Shown one piece after another: positions 33,748 to 45,639 of a stretch of 64,000 nt of DNA. Under the pieces are notes generated by a model. The model was not told the origin of the DNA, did no database searches, and saw nothing but the letters and a program-made list of their open reading frames with translations. Position 1 is the first letter of the stretch, and every line of letters starts with the position of its first letter. Source of the DNA: Podarcis erhardii (taxonomy: Eukaryota). The position numbers were made by a program, and so were the translations under genes. The stretch lies in NCBI GenBank assembly GCA_964252035.1, contig OZ176212.1; one strand, written 5' to 3'.

Positions 33748-36700
33748 TTCCCTCATTCCGTCATTCTGCAGATAGAAGTTAAATAGTTGTGAGTTAATGG
33801 AGCTTACAAATTTTTGGCCATTCTATTATTTTTTTTAATATCATCTTAGATGTTGCGCTAGTTCACAACTACACATTTATCCACACCAAGAACCATGTAT
33901 GCACACTATTAACTGCTGATGTGTTCTTTCATTCTGATATGACATGAAACATAATGGGGATAGTATGTGCACTCACATATTTTCAGCTAATATCATTTAT
34001 CCACCCTCAAAGACTGGGGAAAGGCAACAGAGACTGGGTACATACATATACTTTCTAAGCCATGTGCCACATGATGTAAATGGTGCAGTTTTTACAGAAG
34101 TCTTCCATTTTGCCATCAAATAAACCATTTTATGAAACATGTAACATGGGGGGGGGGAGAGATAGATCACACTGAATTAACTAGATGGGGTAAAGGAACC
34201 ACCATTCTAGAAAGTTGATCTGAAATTTCATATAAAACAAAAAATGAAATCAGTGTGGATATTTTGAAAGATTGTATTATGTGTATTCTCAGTGAGCCTT
34301 TTCTATTTCTTGCTAAATACTTCAGTAATGTAAAACATGGAAATGGAAGATTTCTTCAAGTATATTGGAATAAAAAATTGTCAGTTCTCTAATATTTGGA
34401 GGTTTTCCATCAGAAATATATGACAAAAAACTATCATGCAAGTGCATGTGTTTTGAAAGGTGCCCTCCATTTTTTTTCAATTGAACAACAGCATAGCAAT
34501 CCACATATTACCTAAGAGCAGTGAAGAATCAACCTGAATGAACTAAGTTTGGGGAATGAAGACTGATAGCCATAATACTAAAACAGCAAAGATTTCAACA
34601 ACCTGCAAGGAGAATTGAAAAAAATCCAAAACATTATTTTATTTATTTCTAGTAACATGGCCCATGGAAACACCAAAAAAATGGCTATACTTCTCAATGT
34701 GCAGGCAGAATCATATTAATTTCTATCCTATTCAAAAAAAGACAAGACAAATTCCATTTAGATAAGTAATTTCTATTCTAGTGATTGTATTACCATATAT
34801 TAATATTTATTTCATTTAATTTTTTTGGAAAAGATAACTCAGATGAATCCATCTCTCAATTAATTTGTGTAATATGCAGTAGGTAATTTGTTTAACCAGC
34901 CAATCTAATGAGCTGACAAGATAAAGACTGCGCACTGAATCATTAAAAGCTTCCCATTGTCAGAAATGCCATAGTTACTGAAGAATTCAGGAGTATCTGC
35001 CTACCATCATTGTTGCTGTGAACAAGAGAGAGTTATGGTAGCACTTGACCTTACTCCATTATCACATTTCTTGTCAGTTTTCAAATGTCAGTTGTCCATA
35101 TTCCAGCGTGAAATATTTCTCTGCACAGTTTTTCCAAGTTTTCTGTTGCCTTCTCCTATATATAAAAGATATGATACTATTTTTAAAAAATAAGAAGTCC
35201 ACTTTATGATATTATGTTAATCTCAACTTTACACCTACTACATCAGGCATTTCACAATCTTTTCAGAATTGAAAGCTCGAACATCCTTGAGTCCCTTCGC
35301 TTTCTTTAAGGAGATCAATAAGGATTATACTCACCACTGTTTCTCTCAGAAGATTAGAGTGCCAATGTGCTTGACGGTGATATTTATTTGAAGGTACATG
35401 GCTTGTCACGAGGAGGTGGAGAAGGTGATGTCATCCTCCTTTTCTGTGCTATTTCTGGGTCTCTCTTTGGAGAACATACCAGTCCCATGGTGCTGTGCAA
35501 AACAAATGTTGTCCATTTCCCTACTAGTTCTTTTAATATGCATAAGAATATAAGAGCCTGCTGGATCAATCCAGAAAGCGAAGGACACAAAGGGAGCTGA
35601 GCAGATGAAAAGCTCAACCTAGCCAGCCCAGTTCTGCCCCAGTTGATCCTCAATATATGTGAAAAACAAGACGATCAGGAGAATAGTGATATCGCATCAG
35701 AGTATTTCCACCCAATCCTTGTATGCTAAGGTTGTCTCATTCATTAATTTCTGCCAGTGAAATGTACACAATGTGTAAATGAAAAGAAGTGGCAATGTTT
35801 CATGGACAACAAAACTCCAAAACACACACCAGTATAATATCAGCAAAATACATTCCCCAGATTTACTTGTTCTCAGATATGCAAACAAAGATGCCATTGC
35901 AAAATCTCTTGAGAATCTTTGCTCCAGGGAAGTTTGTGCTCTCCCCATGTTGGTGCCACTTGAATTAATTCATATTTGCTGAAGGATGCCCCTTGAGGCA
36001 CAATATTGTACAAAGAAGATGAAAAGGCTCCAAAAATTAATTGACTTCAAGTATGCAAAAATACTTTTCCATTTTTTTTCTTGTATACGTATAAATTTCA
36101 TATACGTAACATCACAACTATTTTTATTGTCCTCTCCCCTCACCTCATCTGTTTGCAACACTGGCAAATTCTTTCTGATCATGAACTTCTACTTCTACTT
36201 TCTGATCATGAACTTCTATTTTGAGCTTCCATAAGTGTTCAGCTGAAAGAACTTAGGTTGCCCCTCATATGAAGTGTGCTCTTCCATCATGTGCATTAGA
36301 GCTTACATACGAAGGTTGTAGAACTGGGTGCACCCAATGGCAGTAATAGACATTATAGTAGTGCAGTGGCTCTCAATTGACCTCCACTCAATTGCATTAC
36401 TGCTGCTTAGCAGGAGTTAAGAAGCCTGCACCTGAAAGGCTTTCTTTAGTTGTGTCTGTCTGTTCCCTACTGGAAACTCTCACAGCCAAAGTGATAATAA
36501 TTTAAATTAAAAGATCAGGTGATTGACAGGTACATGGTCTGCTCAAACTTAGACATCAGCCAGCAGCGGACAGCGTAATGGGGTCCTGGCATACACCTGA
36601 GCTCTGCTCACTCACACTGCTGCTTACAAAGGATAATCCAGTAATGGCCAGTTCTGCTAGGAACTCAAAAGGAAGTTATCTTCAGGCTTCCAATTAATCC

Positions 36701-36917
36701 CAATTGTGCATCAAGACCCCAGAGCACCCCCAAGGATAAATAAATACACACTGAAACAGAATTTTAGTTTCAGGTTAATGGGCAAAACTTTAGGGCAAAA
36801 CTTTACTGGAATACCCTTGTATTCCAGGAGATGATGATGGCTGCACCTCCCTTCCACCACATCACAATAAGCCAATGCCTAACTGCCACATGAGCCCCGC
36901 ACTCGCTGCCAATACCC

Positions 36918-37492
36918 TCATACCTGTAACCGATCCTTCAAGCCTCTAACAATCTCGTCCATCCACACATCATTTCCGCCATCAGAAAGATGCATACTAT
37001 CAGCCCAAAACAGGGCTCTATCACTGAAGGTAATACCAGGGTGGCAAATCACTCTGCCACCCAGCGCCAACACCTTGTTTGACACCTCAGGGTCAACATG
37101 CTTCCTGGTTCTGTTGGTGGCAGCTGGGCATGAACTATTGTGCCAAACCTGACGCACCAGGAACTGCGACCAAAATATTGTGGTATCTGGGAGCACTGCT
37201 GCCAGCTCCTCCAAGTCCTTCTTAATGCAAGTCCTCAAGTCCATGCCCTTCAGCAGTGGCAAGTCATTTTCGCCCAGCTGCACAACCAACACAGAAGGCG
37301 GGCCCCAAGTGATCACCCGAGCCTTCACTAGTGGTAAAACTTCTTTCCAGTGCATCCCACATCTGGACACCCAGGAAATCTTGACTTGAGTAGGTAAGCC
37401 GAGCTGGCACCCAAAGCCAGTCTCCACTGCTCGCACACTGGCCCAATGCATGATGCTGTGACCCACGATCCACACGTGCAACTCTGGCAGCA
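36918..37492 (-). CDS. SGNH/GDSL hydrolase exon of the Ngaro element (no ATG; fed by a splice acceptor)
   Basis: WIVGHS (block I Ser), RCGM (II), LGEND (III), DSMH (V); open for 190 codons. Preceded by CTAAC (37523-37519), a polypyrimidine tract and CAG (37495-37493). Confidence 0.8.
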
Positions 37493-37538
37493 CTGAAAAA
37501 AAGGAAAAGACAAAACATGTTAGGAGGTGGACAACATG

Positions 37539-38420
37539 CTACTTGCTTTTCTGGATGTATCCCTTATAGGCATTGGACTTCCACCAGCCCAAGTTTTTTA
37601 TCCTGTCCACTGAAAGGCCCCAATGAACTGCCGTCGTAGCGGCACCAATCCTGAAAGAATGGGCAGCAAATTCCAATGCTGACAAGCCACAGGCCACAAT
37701 AGCCTTCCACGTAACCCTAGTGAATTGATGCCTTGCTAAAGGGTTTCTATCCTCATGTATCAAGAACGGACGAACTACAGGAGGCCTGTAAATACCTCCT
37801 GCTGTCTTTTACAGGTCAGGAACCTCCATGCGCCATTGCAGGCAACTTAAGCAGGGCCCTCTTACCCCTTTGGTCCATCTGGACCACCAATTCTGCCTCT
37901 CCCAAAGATATGTCCTCTAAGTGCAGACCCCTAGGAACTCCTCCACAGACCTCCTCAAAAACAACCTCACCCATTCTATTGTGATAGAATAATTGGAAGA
38001 GAACAACCATGCCTCATACCAGGACCAGCAAACAGATCTTAGTTTTTTTGTGAATTTTACATAATAGGTCAAAGGTGACAGGCCTGCGGCCAACACCAAA
38101 AGATGATTGAAGTCTACGCCAGCCCTCCAGAGCCTTCCAGAGCACAAAAGCTGCACACGGATCATGGGCAAACAGGGTTTGCTAAAAAAAGAAATGGCAG
38201 CAGACTGGATTTTAAGAGTCTTAGCCACACACCGAAGCTGATATAAGTGTGCTATGTATTGCAAAACCTGATCTGTAGAAGGGGGTTGATCTGCAGCAAT
38301 AGATAAATTCTGCACACGGAACGTTATAAAATCAGCCCAGGCTTTCTTGTAAGATTTAAATGTGGAGGGGGCCAAGGAAGAGACTACTCCCTGCATAACT
38401 ATGCACTTCCAAGGCTCCAT
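37539..38420 (-). pseudogene. Tyrosine recombinase (phage-integrase family) pseudogene of the Ngaro element
   Basis: SLAPSTFKSYKKAW N-terminal domain, RMGEVV (box I Arg), HSFRIGAAT, GWWKSNAYKGY. Split across three frames; catalytic Lys motif (SKTDQ) degraded to QMDQ. Confidence 0.9.
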
Positions 38421-38976
38421 AGGTACACCAGAAAAGGCTCCGGCAACTGCTGTGCATCCAGTGCCAAAGATCTGAAGCGGTTCATCTGAAAGCGAGACAG
38501 AGAAGCCAGGTGAATCCCCAGAAATGTGCCACCACCTTTTATATTCCCCCACGATCACACCACCGATCTCTGATTGGCCAATAGGCCATGGTGTGATTGT
38601 GGGGCCATTGTGTGGGCTGGGCTCAATCTCCCACCTCCTCAAGGATGGGGGGGACACACACCTTGGGCCCGCATGCAAGGCGGACCCTCAGTTAGGAAGA
38701 TCTCATTTATCTAGCAATAAGCCAAAATGAATTCAGTCAAGCTTATTTTGAGCAAACAGTATTTTGATTGCAGAAAAAAGCGACCAGATCAGATTAATTT
38801 TATTTCTATCAAATCATCAGATTACCACACATCATATATATGTGTGTGTGTGTGAGAGAGAGAGAGAAAAGTATTTGATCGCCTGCTAAATTTGTCCATT
38901 TGCCCTCTGACAAAGAAACGATCAGTCCATAATTTTAATGGTAGGTTTATTGTAGCTGTGAGAGACAGAATAACAA

Positions 38977-39825
38977 AGCGTGTTCTCCTTCAGGGAGAGC
39001 ACGTGTTGCGGTGGGGTCTACTGAGCCACCCCTTTGTTGCTGGGTAAGTTCTCCAAGATGGCTAGGGGGCATTGATTGGATTGCCGAGTTGCTGGGGCAA
39101 AAGTTATGTTGCTATTTTGGTGGGAGGGGAAAAAGGTTTAAATACTCTGCACGCAGCCTTGTACTTTCTCTTTTGCTGCGTGCAACGGATCACCCGCCCA
39201 CCCGCCCTAGAATAAAGGGTTGTTGCATTGACCTTGCTATGCCTGTCATGGGGTCGTCTGCCTTTGAGCAGGGGCCTGGTAGGAATTTTTCCACCTGGCA
39301 AATTGGCTGGCTGGGTGGTTTTTGCCTACTGCGTAGCAAATCGTCACAACTTGTAAGGTTGTGGTTAGGCATTGGTTATAAATCTGGTGGAGGAGGGGTT
39401 TAGGATAGGCTGGGCCTACCCCTCCATGGAGGGGTTCAGGATAGGCTGGGCCTGCCCCTCCATGGTTGCTGCGGAAAGGGAATTCCGTTAAAGGAATCCT
39501 GGGGCTTGCCATCTTTTCGTCCAATCCCTGGAATGGGACTAGGGCCGGCAAGCCTTCGGGGAGCAGGCGGGTGAGAGTTGAGGGTCTGTGTCTCAGCTCC
39601 AATTCTTCCCCGACTTGCTTTCCCCCGCACTGTCTTTCGGTGGTGCCCGGAAGTCAGTTCTGTCCCCAGGCGGGGGGACAGATAGTCTTAACCAATGCCT
39701 AAACAACCACTCACAGTTTGTATTTTAATAAAGTTGTGGCCAAAATCATGCCAAAAATCTTAAACAAAAATTACGTGTCCGTTGTGAGTTATTTTGGGGG
39801 GTGGATTGGGGACCTCGACACGCAA
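38977..39825 (+). mobile_element. Ngaro-type terminal-repeat derivative (solo A-B, 849 bp)
   Basis: 5' hairpin, TTTAAATA, AATAAA (39210), gtagcaaatcgtcacaactt, then tggttaggcattgg (same as the start of B after the SGNH stop), aataaagttgtggcc and the CACGCAA end. Confidence 0.7.
39392..39463 (+). repeat. Two tandem 36-bp self-complementary units
   Basis: ggaggggtt(t/c)aggataggctgggcct(a/g)cccctccat x2; GGAGGGG pairs with CCCCTCC. Confidence 0.9.
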
Positions 39826-40065
39826 CAAGTAAACCCCCAGAAACCCAGAAGAAAAAAGTCAGAGATTGATTGACTTTTTAAATACCATAATCAACTCATC
39901 ATGGAATATGTACATATACATATCTACACACAAAAAAACCCATAAATATACATGCCGATACACACATGCATGCATACATACACACAGAACGGAGCAATTC
40001 CTTGCCACACCTATGTGGCTGCATAATTCGTTTCAGACATATAAGGTATTTTGCAAACATGAAGT

Positions 40066-40170
40066 TCATCTTGTCCAACCCCCTGCAATGTGGGATTATG
40101 TTGTTGCCCCAAGCAGGAGATGAACCTGCAAACTTGGCATTATCAGCGCACTGCTGTAACCACTGAATCA
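40066..40170 (-). mobile_element. tRNA-Ile-like SINE with CR1-type tail (degenerate)
   Basis: Minus strand cagtggttacagcagtgcgctgataatgccaagtttgcaggttc...cattgcagggggttggac; a partial second head lies at 40247-40290. Confidence 0.6.
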
Positions 40171-41441
40171 TCCACTATACATGAGCTAACAGTCTTCATG
40201 AGCTAACTTTGTGGTTGATACCCTTACAATGTAGGGATGTGTTGCTGCTCCCTGCAGGAAATGAACCTGCGAACCTGGCATCATGGGCATAGAATTGAGA
40301 CACACAGGGTTTTCTGGGATAAAGAGCTGCTACAATGTGACTAAAGAGCTATGGAAGCTTTAAGGCTGCCATGCTTTGCTCTCTGGGAAGAGGGCGGCTC
40401 ATACTTGCCTTAGACACATGGGCCAATGTCCCTTGCAAAATGGCATTGGCGTGAGAATGGCATAGTGACACAGTAAGAGAAGGATGCTGGATGCTCTTCT
40501 TCACCCACAAAAGTGGCCCCTGGAGGAAGAAGGTGGCAACAGCCGTGGCCAAGTGAGGATCGCAGGTAAAATACTCAAAAAGGCTGCATCGCTCTGGCAA
40601 GGCACTACAAGAGGGATCCTTCAATGAGGCCTCCAGATGGTTGAAGCTGGCTAGGTAGCTAGTGGTGGTGGGCCGAAAACGGGTGTTCCTAACTGGTGCT
40701 CCAAAGGACTGATACCTCCACAGGTGGGATAAAGATCATGAAGGGATCTAGATCCGATGCTCCTGATGCTCTGAGCCAACTGTGCTGCCAGTGTCAGCTC
40801 TGGGCCCCTTTTATGCTTCTGGAGCAGGCTGCTGCAGATAGGCAGAATGTGAATCGGATTTGGTGGGAACCCACTAAGTACTGTGGCAGCCAGGAGAGCC
40901 AAGCAACGGTTGGCAGAACAGCGTGGCTTCAAGAGGATGAGGAAGTTGTGCCCTGTGCTGCAAACACTGCCCACTTCAGGACCATGTGAGCATCCATTTT
41001 CATATAACATGCACTAAATTTAAAATATACTTTCCCAAGTCTTTCCCAAGCTCTAGTCTTTGCAATAGCCCCAATACACATCTTTTTACGAAGCACTATT
41101 ACTATTTTTAATAATAAATGCATTTTTATTCACTCTTTACCTAAGTACATTCTGAACAACAGGAGATGGGCTGGAAGAGTAGGGCACCACTCCAAAGTGG
41201 GCACTAGAAATTTGCACAAAAAAATGTGATATGTGCGAGACACAACTTGAGCACTCATGCGTGAAACATCATGTGTGAAACTTTCCTAATATATACATTT
41301 TATATGCAAATTTGCCCAATACACATCTATTTGCAAAGCACTATTATGCGGTATAATACATTACTATGCTATTTTCAATGGCATTTGCATTGTTATGCAA
41401 TGCACAGGAATTGTGATGTGTATGAGACACAATGTAAGCAA

Positions 41442-42377
41442 TCATGCCAGGAGACTTCTAATTCTTTTCGGTATTTTCAACACGGCCTCTTGGATGTCTT
41501 TGTTCCTAAAGCTATAAATAATGGGATTCATTAGTGGTGGCAAAACATTATACAATACAGCAGAGAGCAAATCCATCGTTGTAGAAGAAAGTGCTTTAGG
41601 TCTCATATATGAAAACACAGCTGTGCTCATAAATAAAGAAAAGACAGTCAGGTGGGGGATGCAGGTAGAGAAAACTTTATATCTGCCTTGAACAGAAGGG
41701 ATTCTCAGCACAGCAGAGAAGATATAGCCATAGGAAAGAAAGATGAACCCTCCACAAAATGAATCTACAATAAACCCAATGGCAAAGATCAAAATTTGGT
41801 TAACCTTTGTGTCAGTACAAGAAATCTTAAGCAACTGAGGGACATCACAGAAATACTGCCCAATAATATTGGACCCACAGAAATGTAGCCTGAAAGTGAT
41901 AATGGTATGTAACGATGAATGGATTGAGCTGCTGATCCAGGAAGCAGATGCCATTTGGATGCAGGCGTCCCAGTTCATGATTAGCTCATACTGTAGAGGA
42001 TGGCAGATTGCAGCATAGCGATCATAAGCCATGATAGTGAGCAAGGCAAGCTCAGAACCTGCAAAAGTGAAAACTAAGAAAACCTGTGCAACACAGCCAG
42101 CAAAAGAAATCCTTTTGTCATCTGACAAAGAAGCAGCTATGGATTTGGGGATAGTGGCTGAGATGTAGCAAATGTCTGATAATGATAGGTTGACCAGAAA
42201 GAAGTACATAGGAGTGTGTAGTTTGTGGTTCAGGGCAACAGCAATAGTGATTAGGAAATTCCCCACTAAGGCTGTTAAATAAATGGAGAGAAATATCACA
42301 AAGTAAAACAATTGTTCTTCTCGATTACTGGAAAACCCCACCAGAAGAAATTCTGTCACTGTAGATTGGTTGGCCAT
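41442..42377 (-). CDS. Olfactory receptor, family-14-like (311 aa), type A2
   Basis: Intact ORF, close paralog of 23383-24318. Confidence 0.96.
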   Translation of the reverse strand: MANQSTVTEFLLVGFSSNREEQLFYFVIFLSIYLTALVGNFLITIAVALNHKLHTPMYFFLVNLSLSDICYISATIPKSIAASLSDDKRISFAGCVAQVFLVFTFAGSELALLTIMAYDRYAAICHPLQYELIMNWDACIQMASASWISSSIHSSLHTIITFRLHFCGSNIIGQYFCDVPQLLKISCTDTKVNQILIFAIGFIVDSFCGGFIFLSYGYIFSAVLRIPSVQGRYKVFSTCIPHLTVFSLFMSTAVFSYMRPKALSSTTMDLLSAVLYNVLPPLMNPIIYSFRNKDIQEAVLKIPKRIRSLLA

Positions 42378-42774
42378 CTTAATTCTTTAGTCTTTCTTAA
42401 AACAATTTCTTGAAGAGCAGCTCTGTTATTGTGTTTTAGCAGCACCAGCAGAGGTCTTTGTAACACCTAAAATTAGAAAGGAGTTAATGAAAGTCTGTTG
42501 GATGAGGAAACATGCAGGCAATTGTATGTGGGGTTTGCCCCCTATCCCAATATGAGGTAATGGGTGATGCCAGCAGTAGACATTCAACTGACACCATTCA
42601 TTCTCCCCAGTACTAATAGAATTTTAGAGGTGAAAAGGAGCATGGGGAGCATCTCAGCAAAGACCCAACTTGGTTTCATGTTGAATCAAGATTGAGAAAG
42701 TAGAATCAAATGCACACTACAGCTTATCAGAGCAACCTCACTATTAGAGGTAAATAAGCAGATTCACATTGGTT

Positions 42775-43410
42775 TGGTTGCATAAAGGATCTTAATGATG
42801 TTTTTGTTTGTTTTGTTGCAAACCATAATGCTTCTACTTTATTTTTAAAAAGCAAGTCACACACCACCTAGCATTAATGAAATATCATTTGGCTTTGATG
42901 AGCGTTCAGAGTTTAAAACCAATCACCAGAATTTGGTAACACCCCTGTATTACCTTCTCTTACCTATAAATACTACCTATCTTTTCATAGAATAATCATT
43001 TCTTCATTAATCCTACTACTGTATTAAACGTTTTGTGGTCTTTTCAGAACTGAAATATGAGCACTAGATGTAAATAAATTTAAAAATCCTCCTTGGAGTG
43101 TGGTTGCATAAAGGAAATTTACACTTGATGTTTCGGTCTTTTTGCTAACCATAATGCTTTCACACACCTCCTAGCATTAATGAAAAATCATGAGGCTTTT
43201 AAGCCCAATCACCAAAATTTTGAAACATGTATGTAGGGTTTGCCTCCTTTCTTAATATGAGATAATCCTCCCAAACGCCAGAATTTTGAAATACTACATT
43301 ATTATCTTCTGTTACCTATAAATACTACCTATTTTTTCGTAGAATAATGTTTTCTTCATTAATCCTACTGCTGTATCAAACCTTTTACAGCCTTTTCATA
43401 ACTGAAATAT
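42775..43410. repeat. Tandem ~326-bp duplicated module in the 5' intron of OR A2 (also 47760-48352)
   Basis: tggttgcataaagga at 42775 and 43101; each unit has ctagcattaatgaaa, cctataaatactacc, cattaatcc and ends actgaaata. Confidence 0.85.
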
Positions 43411-43867
43411 GAATACCTTCCAAGCCCTAGTCTACACTAAGGATGAAATAATAGGATTCTACTCACCTCTGTCTTTGTCTGGAAGAAGAAAGTGTCAAAA
43501 TGTTGAAGTGTGGTCTTTAGTAGATGATTTATAGTTTGTGACAAAGAGGAATCAATTGAGCCTCCCTACTTTCTGTAGTGTTTCAAAGAATCACTCCTTG
43601 GAGAACATCACCATGAGGATTTGCAAATCCTGATTTACAAAACAAGTGATGCAATTGTCTATATTTCCTACCATTATTTCTCCTCTATCTTTAAACCACT
43701 GACCCTTAACTTCAGTCTTATGTAAGGGATGCTTAAGAGTGAAGTGCTGACTGAATGCAGACTGAATGGGAAACTGATTTCAAAACCTACATTGTGGTTA
43801 TATCTTTTTTATTGACCAAAATGTCATGCTGCAGCTCAAATTAAGTACTGAATCTGATTAACATAAG

Positions 43868-44095
43868 TAAATTATTCTGACTATTCTGAGCCGGTATAGT
43901 GTAGAGCTTAGAGTGTTGGACTAGGACTAGGGAACCCAGGTTCAAATCTCTGTTCAGCCATTAAGATAACTGGGTGACCTTGCACCAATTTTCTCAAGCT
44001 AAGCTACCTTACAGAACTGTCATGAGGTTAAACTTGGGAAGGATGACCTCCAGCTCCTTGGAGGAAAGGGGGGATATAATGACAATAAGTAAATA
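43868..44095 (+). mobile_element. tRNA-derived MIR/CORE-like SINE with L2-type tail
   Basis: ttagagtgttggactaggactagggaacccaggttcaaatc...ctgggtgaccttg...gctccttggaggaaagg.gggatataa. Confidence 0.7.
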
Positions 44096-45639
44096 TTGAG
44101 AGCAAACTATCTGAGACAGGTCTATGATTTTAAACTGGAGCAATAGATTTGGTTAAAGAAACTTGGGAAGGATCCAAAGCAAAATGTTATGCTTTGAAAT
44201 AGGATGTCGTTGTGTTAGGTGTTCACACCTCGGCTGGAGATGAATTAGGAAAGGCTGAAGGACTCTTGCTGGAGTGAAGCTGGTTTGAGAAACAATACTG
44301 TTACTGTTTCATCTGTATTCCTAGACCCCCCATCAAATCACAGCATCTGGCAAGTGTTAAAATCTGAGCAAGGATTTTCATTCCTGGAATAGCCTCTGCT
44401 GTACCTCATTCCAAAGGAAACACAAACCCTGTTCGTTTTGAAATGATTAACAATCTCTGAATTTAAACTGCATCCATTTTTTTACACTTTCTGAACGCAC
44501 TCCTCCTGTAAAATACACATTTTTCTTTACAATTCTTTACAATTAATTTCCCTATTAAATGTCCACTTTGTACATAAATATGTTTTGTGAGGTCTTCTTG
44601 CATTTGGAAACCTCATTGCAAATGCCAGTGTTGGACACAATTGTGGATCAGTCTTAAGTATTGAGTCATGTTGTTGAAGTTATCAATGGGCTTGTCCCTA
44701 CTTTTTCCAGTCTTCACTACTTTGATGATTGCTTCCATGATATTTTGATGTGAACTACCAACACAGGAATTTTATTCAACATTAAATGAGCAGAAATTTC
44801 ACAGATGATCATTTTGTGAGATGCGTGTTACATAATTTCAGCCCCTTCTCTCCCTTCCATCACAGGTCATTTATGTTACAAATAAGCACCCACAAACAGC
44901 GTAAGAGATTTTGGAAGAGCATGTCACATCAGCTTTTATTTCATTCACCAGCTGCTAAGGAGTCTCTTTTATGTTCAAAGCATTAATGTCTTGCATGGAA
45001 AACTGTACGTTGACTTTCATTGCTGGAATTGGAAGTGCAACCCATTCACATATTTAAAGCAAAACTTGCTATTACTAACCCTACAAAGTAATGGTCAATG
45101 AATTCAAGTAACAATGACTCTGATGAATGAATCAAAATAGTTATAAAAAGTTAGTTGCCAAAGACTTTTATTTGTACTATAGGTTTTTTAAAAATAAAAT
45201 AAGAATATTTCTGACTTTCTGTCCACAGTCATAACCTTCAAGACAACTGAATTTATAATGAATATAATGAAATAAAGGTTTAAAAAATCTGTTCTAGGAA
45301 CAAGTAAATAGAAATTGTATCTCTTTATCTCTTTTCATACACCACACACAGCCTCAGCAGCAATAACCAGGAAATGCATAAAAAAGAGCCCAGTTCATTC
45401 CTGTGGGATCCATTTCATATGCATGCTGAAATGTCATTATCTTAGCCTAACATCTAAAGACAAGCAGAGATGAAGCCAAAAGAACCTACAAGTAACACCA
45501 TGATCTAGTCTAGTTTAGTCACCATTACACAATTGTACGTGTCTGCCCACTTTACTAAAAAAACAAAAAAACAATGGGACACAGAGCAGAACAGGGTCAT
45601 AGATTAAGACATAAGAACATGGGTAGGTATACTTCAAAT

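Larger units (their letters stand above)
27810..36578. repeat. Tandem segmental duplication: 27810-31575 vs 32560-36578 (OR C1/C2 units)
   Basis: Collinear high identity through coding and ~2.5 kb of upstream DNA (e.g. 30330-30620 vs 35370-35660); boundaries approximate. Confidence 0.9.
36830..38700 (-). mobile_element. Ngaro-type (DIRS order) YR retrotransposon, internally deleted
   Basis: Order on the minus strand: terminal repeat with CCAAT/TATAAA, RNase H C-terminal stub (LSRFQMNRFRSLA...EPF), tyrosine recombinase, SGNH hydrolase, start of B repeat. Gag and RT are missing. Confidence 0.88.
38865..39870 (+). mobile_element. Tc1-like transposon terminal fragment, interrupted by the 38977-39825 insertion
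   Basis: aaaagtatttgatc.cctgct.a.tttgt..atttgccc.ctgacaaagaaa.gatcagtc.ataattttaatggtagg resembles vertebrate Tc1 TIR sequence as I recall it; continues after 39825. Confidence 0.6.

Noticed and set aside
37917-38678. 253-aa ORF as a single protein
   Set aside because: The N-terminal ~85 aa read through the terminal repeat, and the C-terminus leaves the YR frame; only the middle is real recombinase sequence.
39392-39463. CRISPR-like 36-bp palindromic repeats
   Set aside because: Only two abutting units, no spacers, and a vertebrate TE context.
40320-40990. GC-richer island with several 90-120 aa ORFs
   Set aside because: Probably a decayed TE, but I could not recognise any motif in six frames; needs a Dfam/tBLASTx search before any claim.
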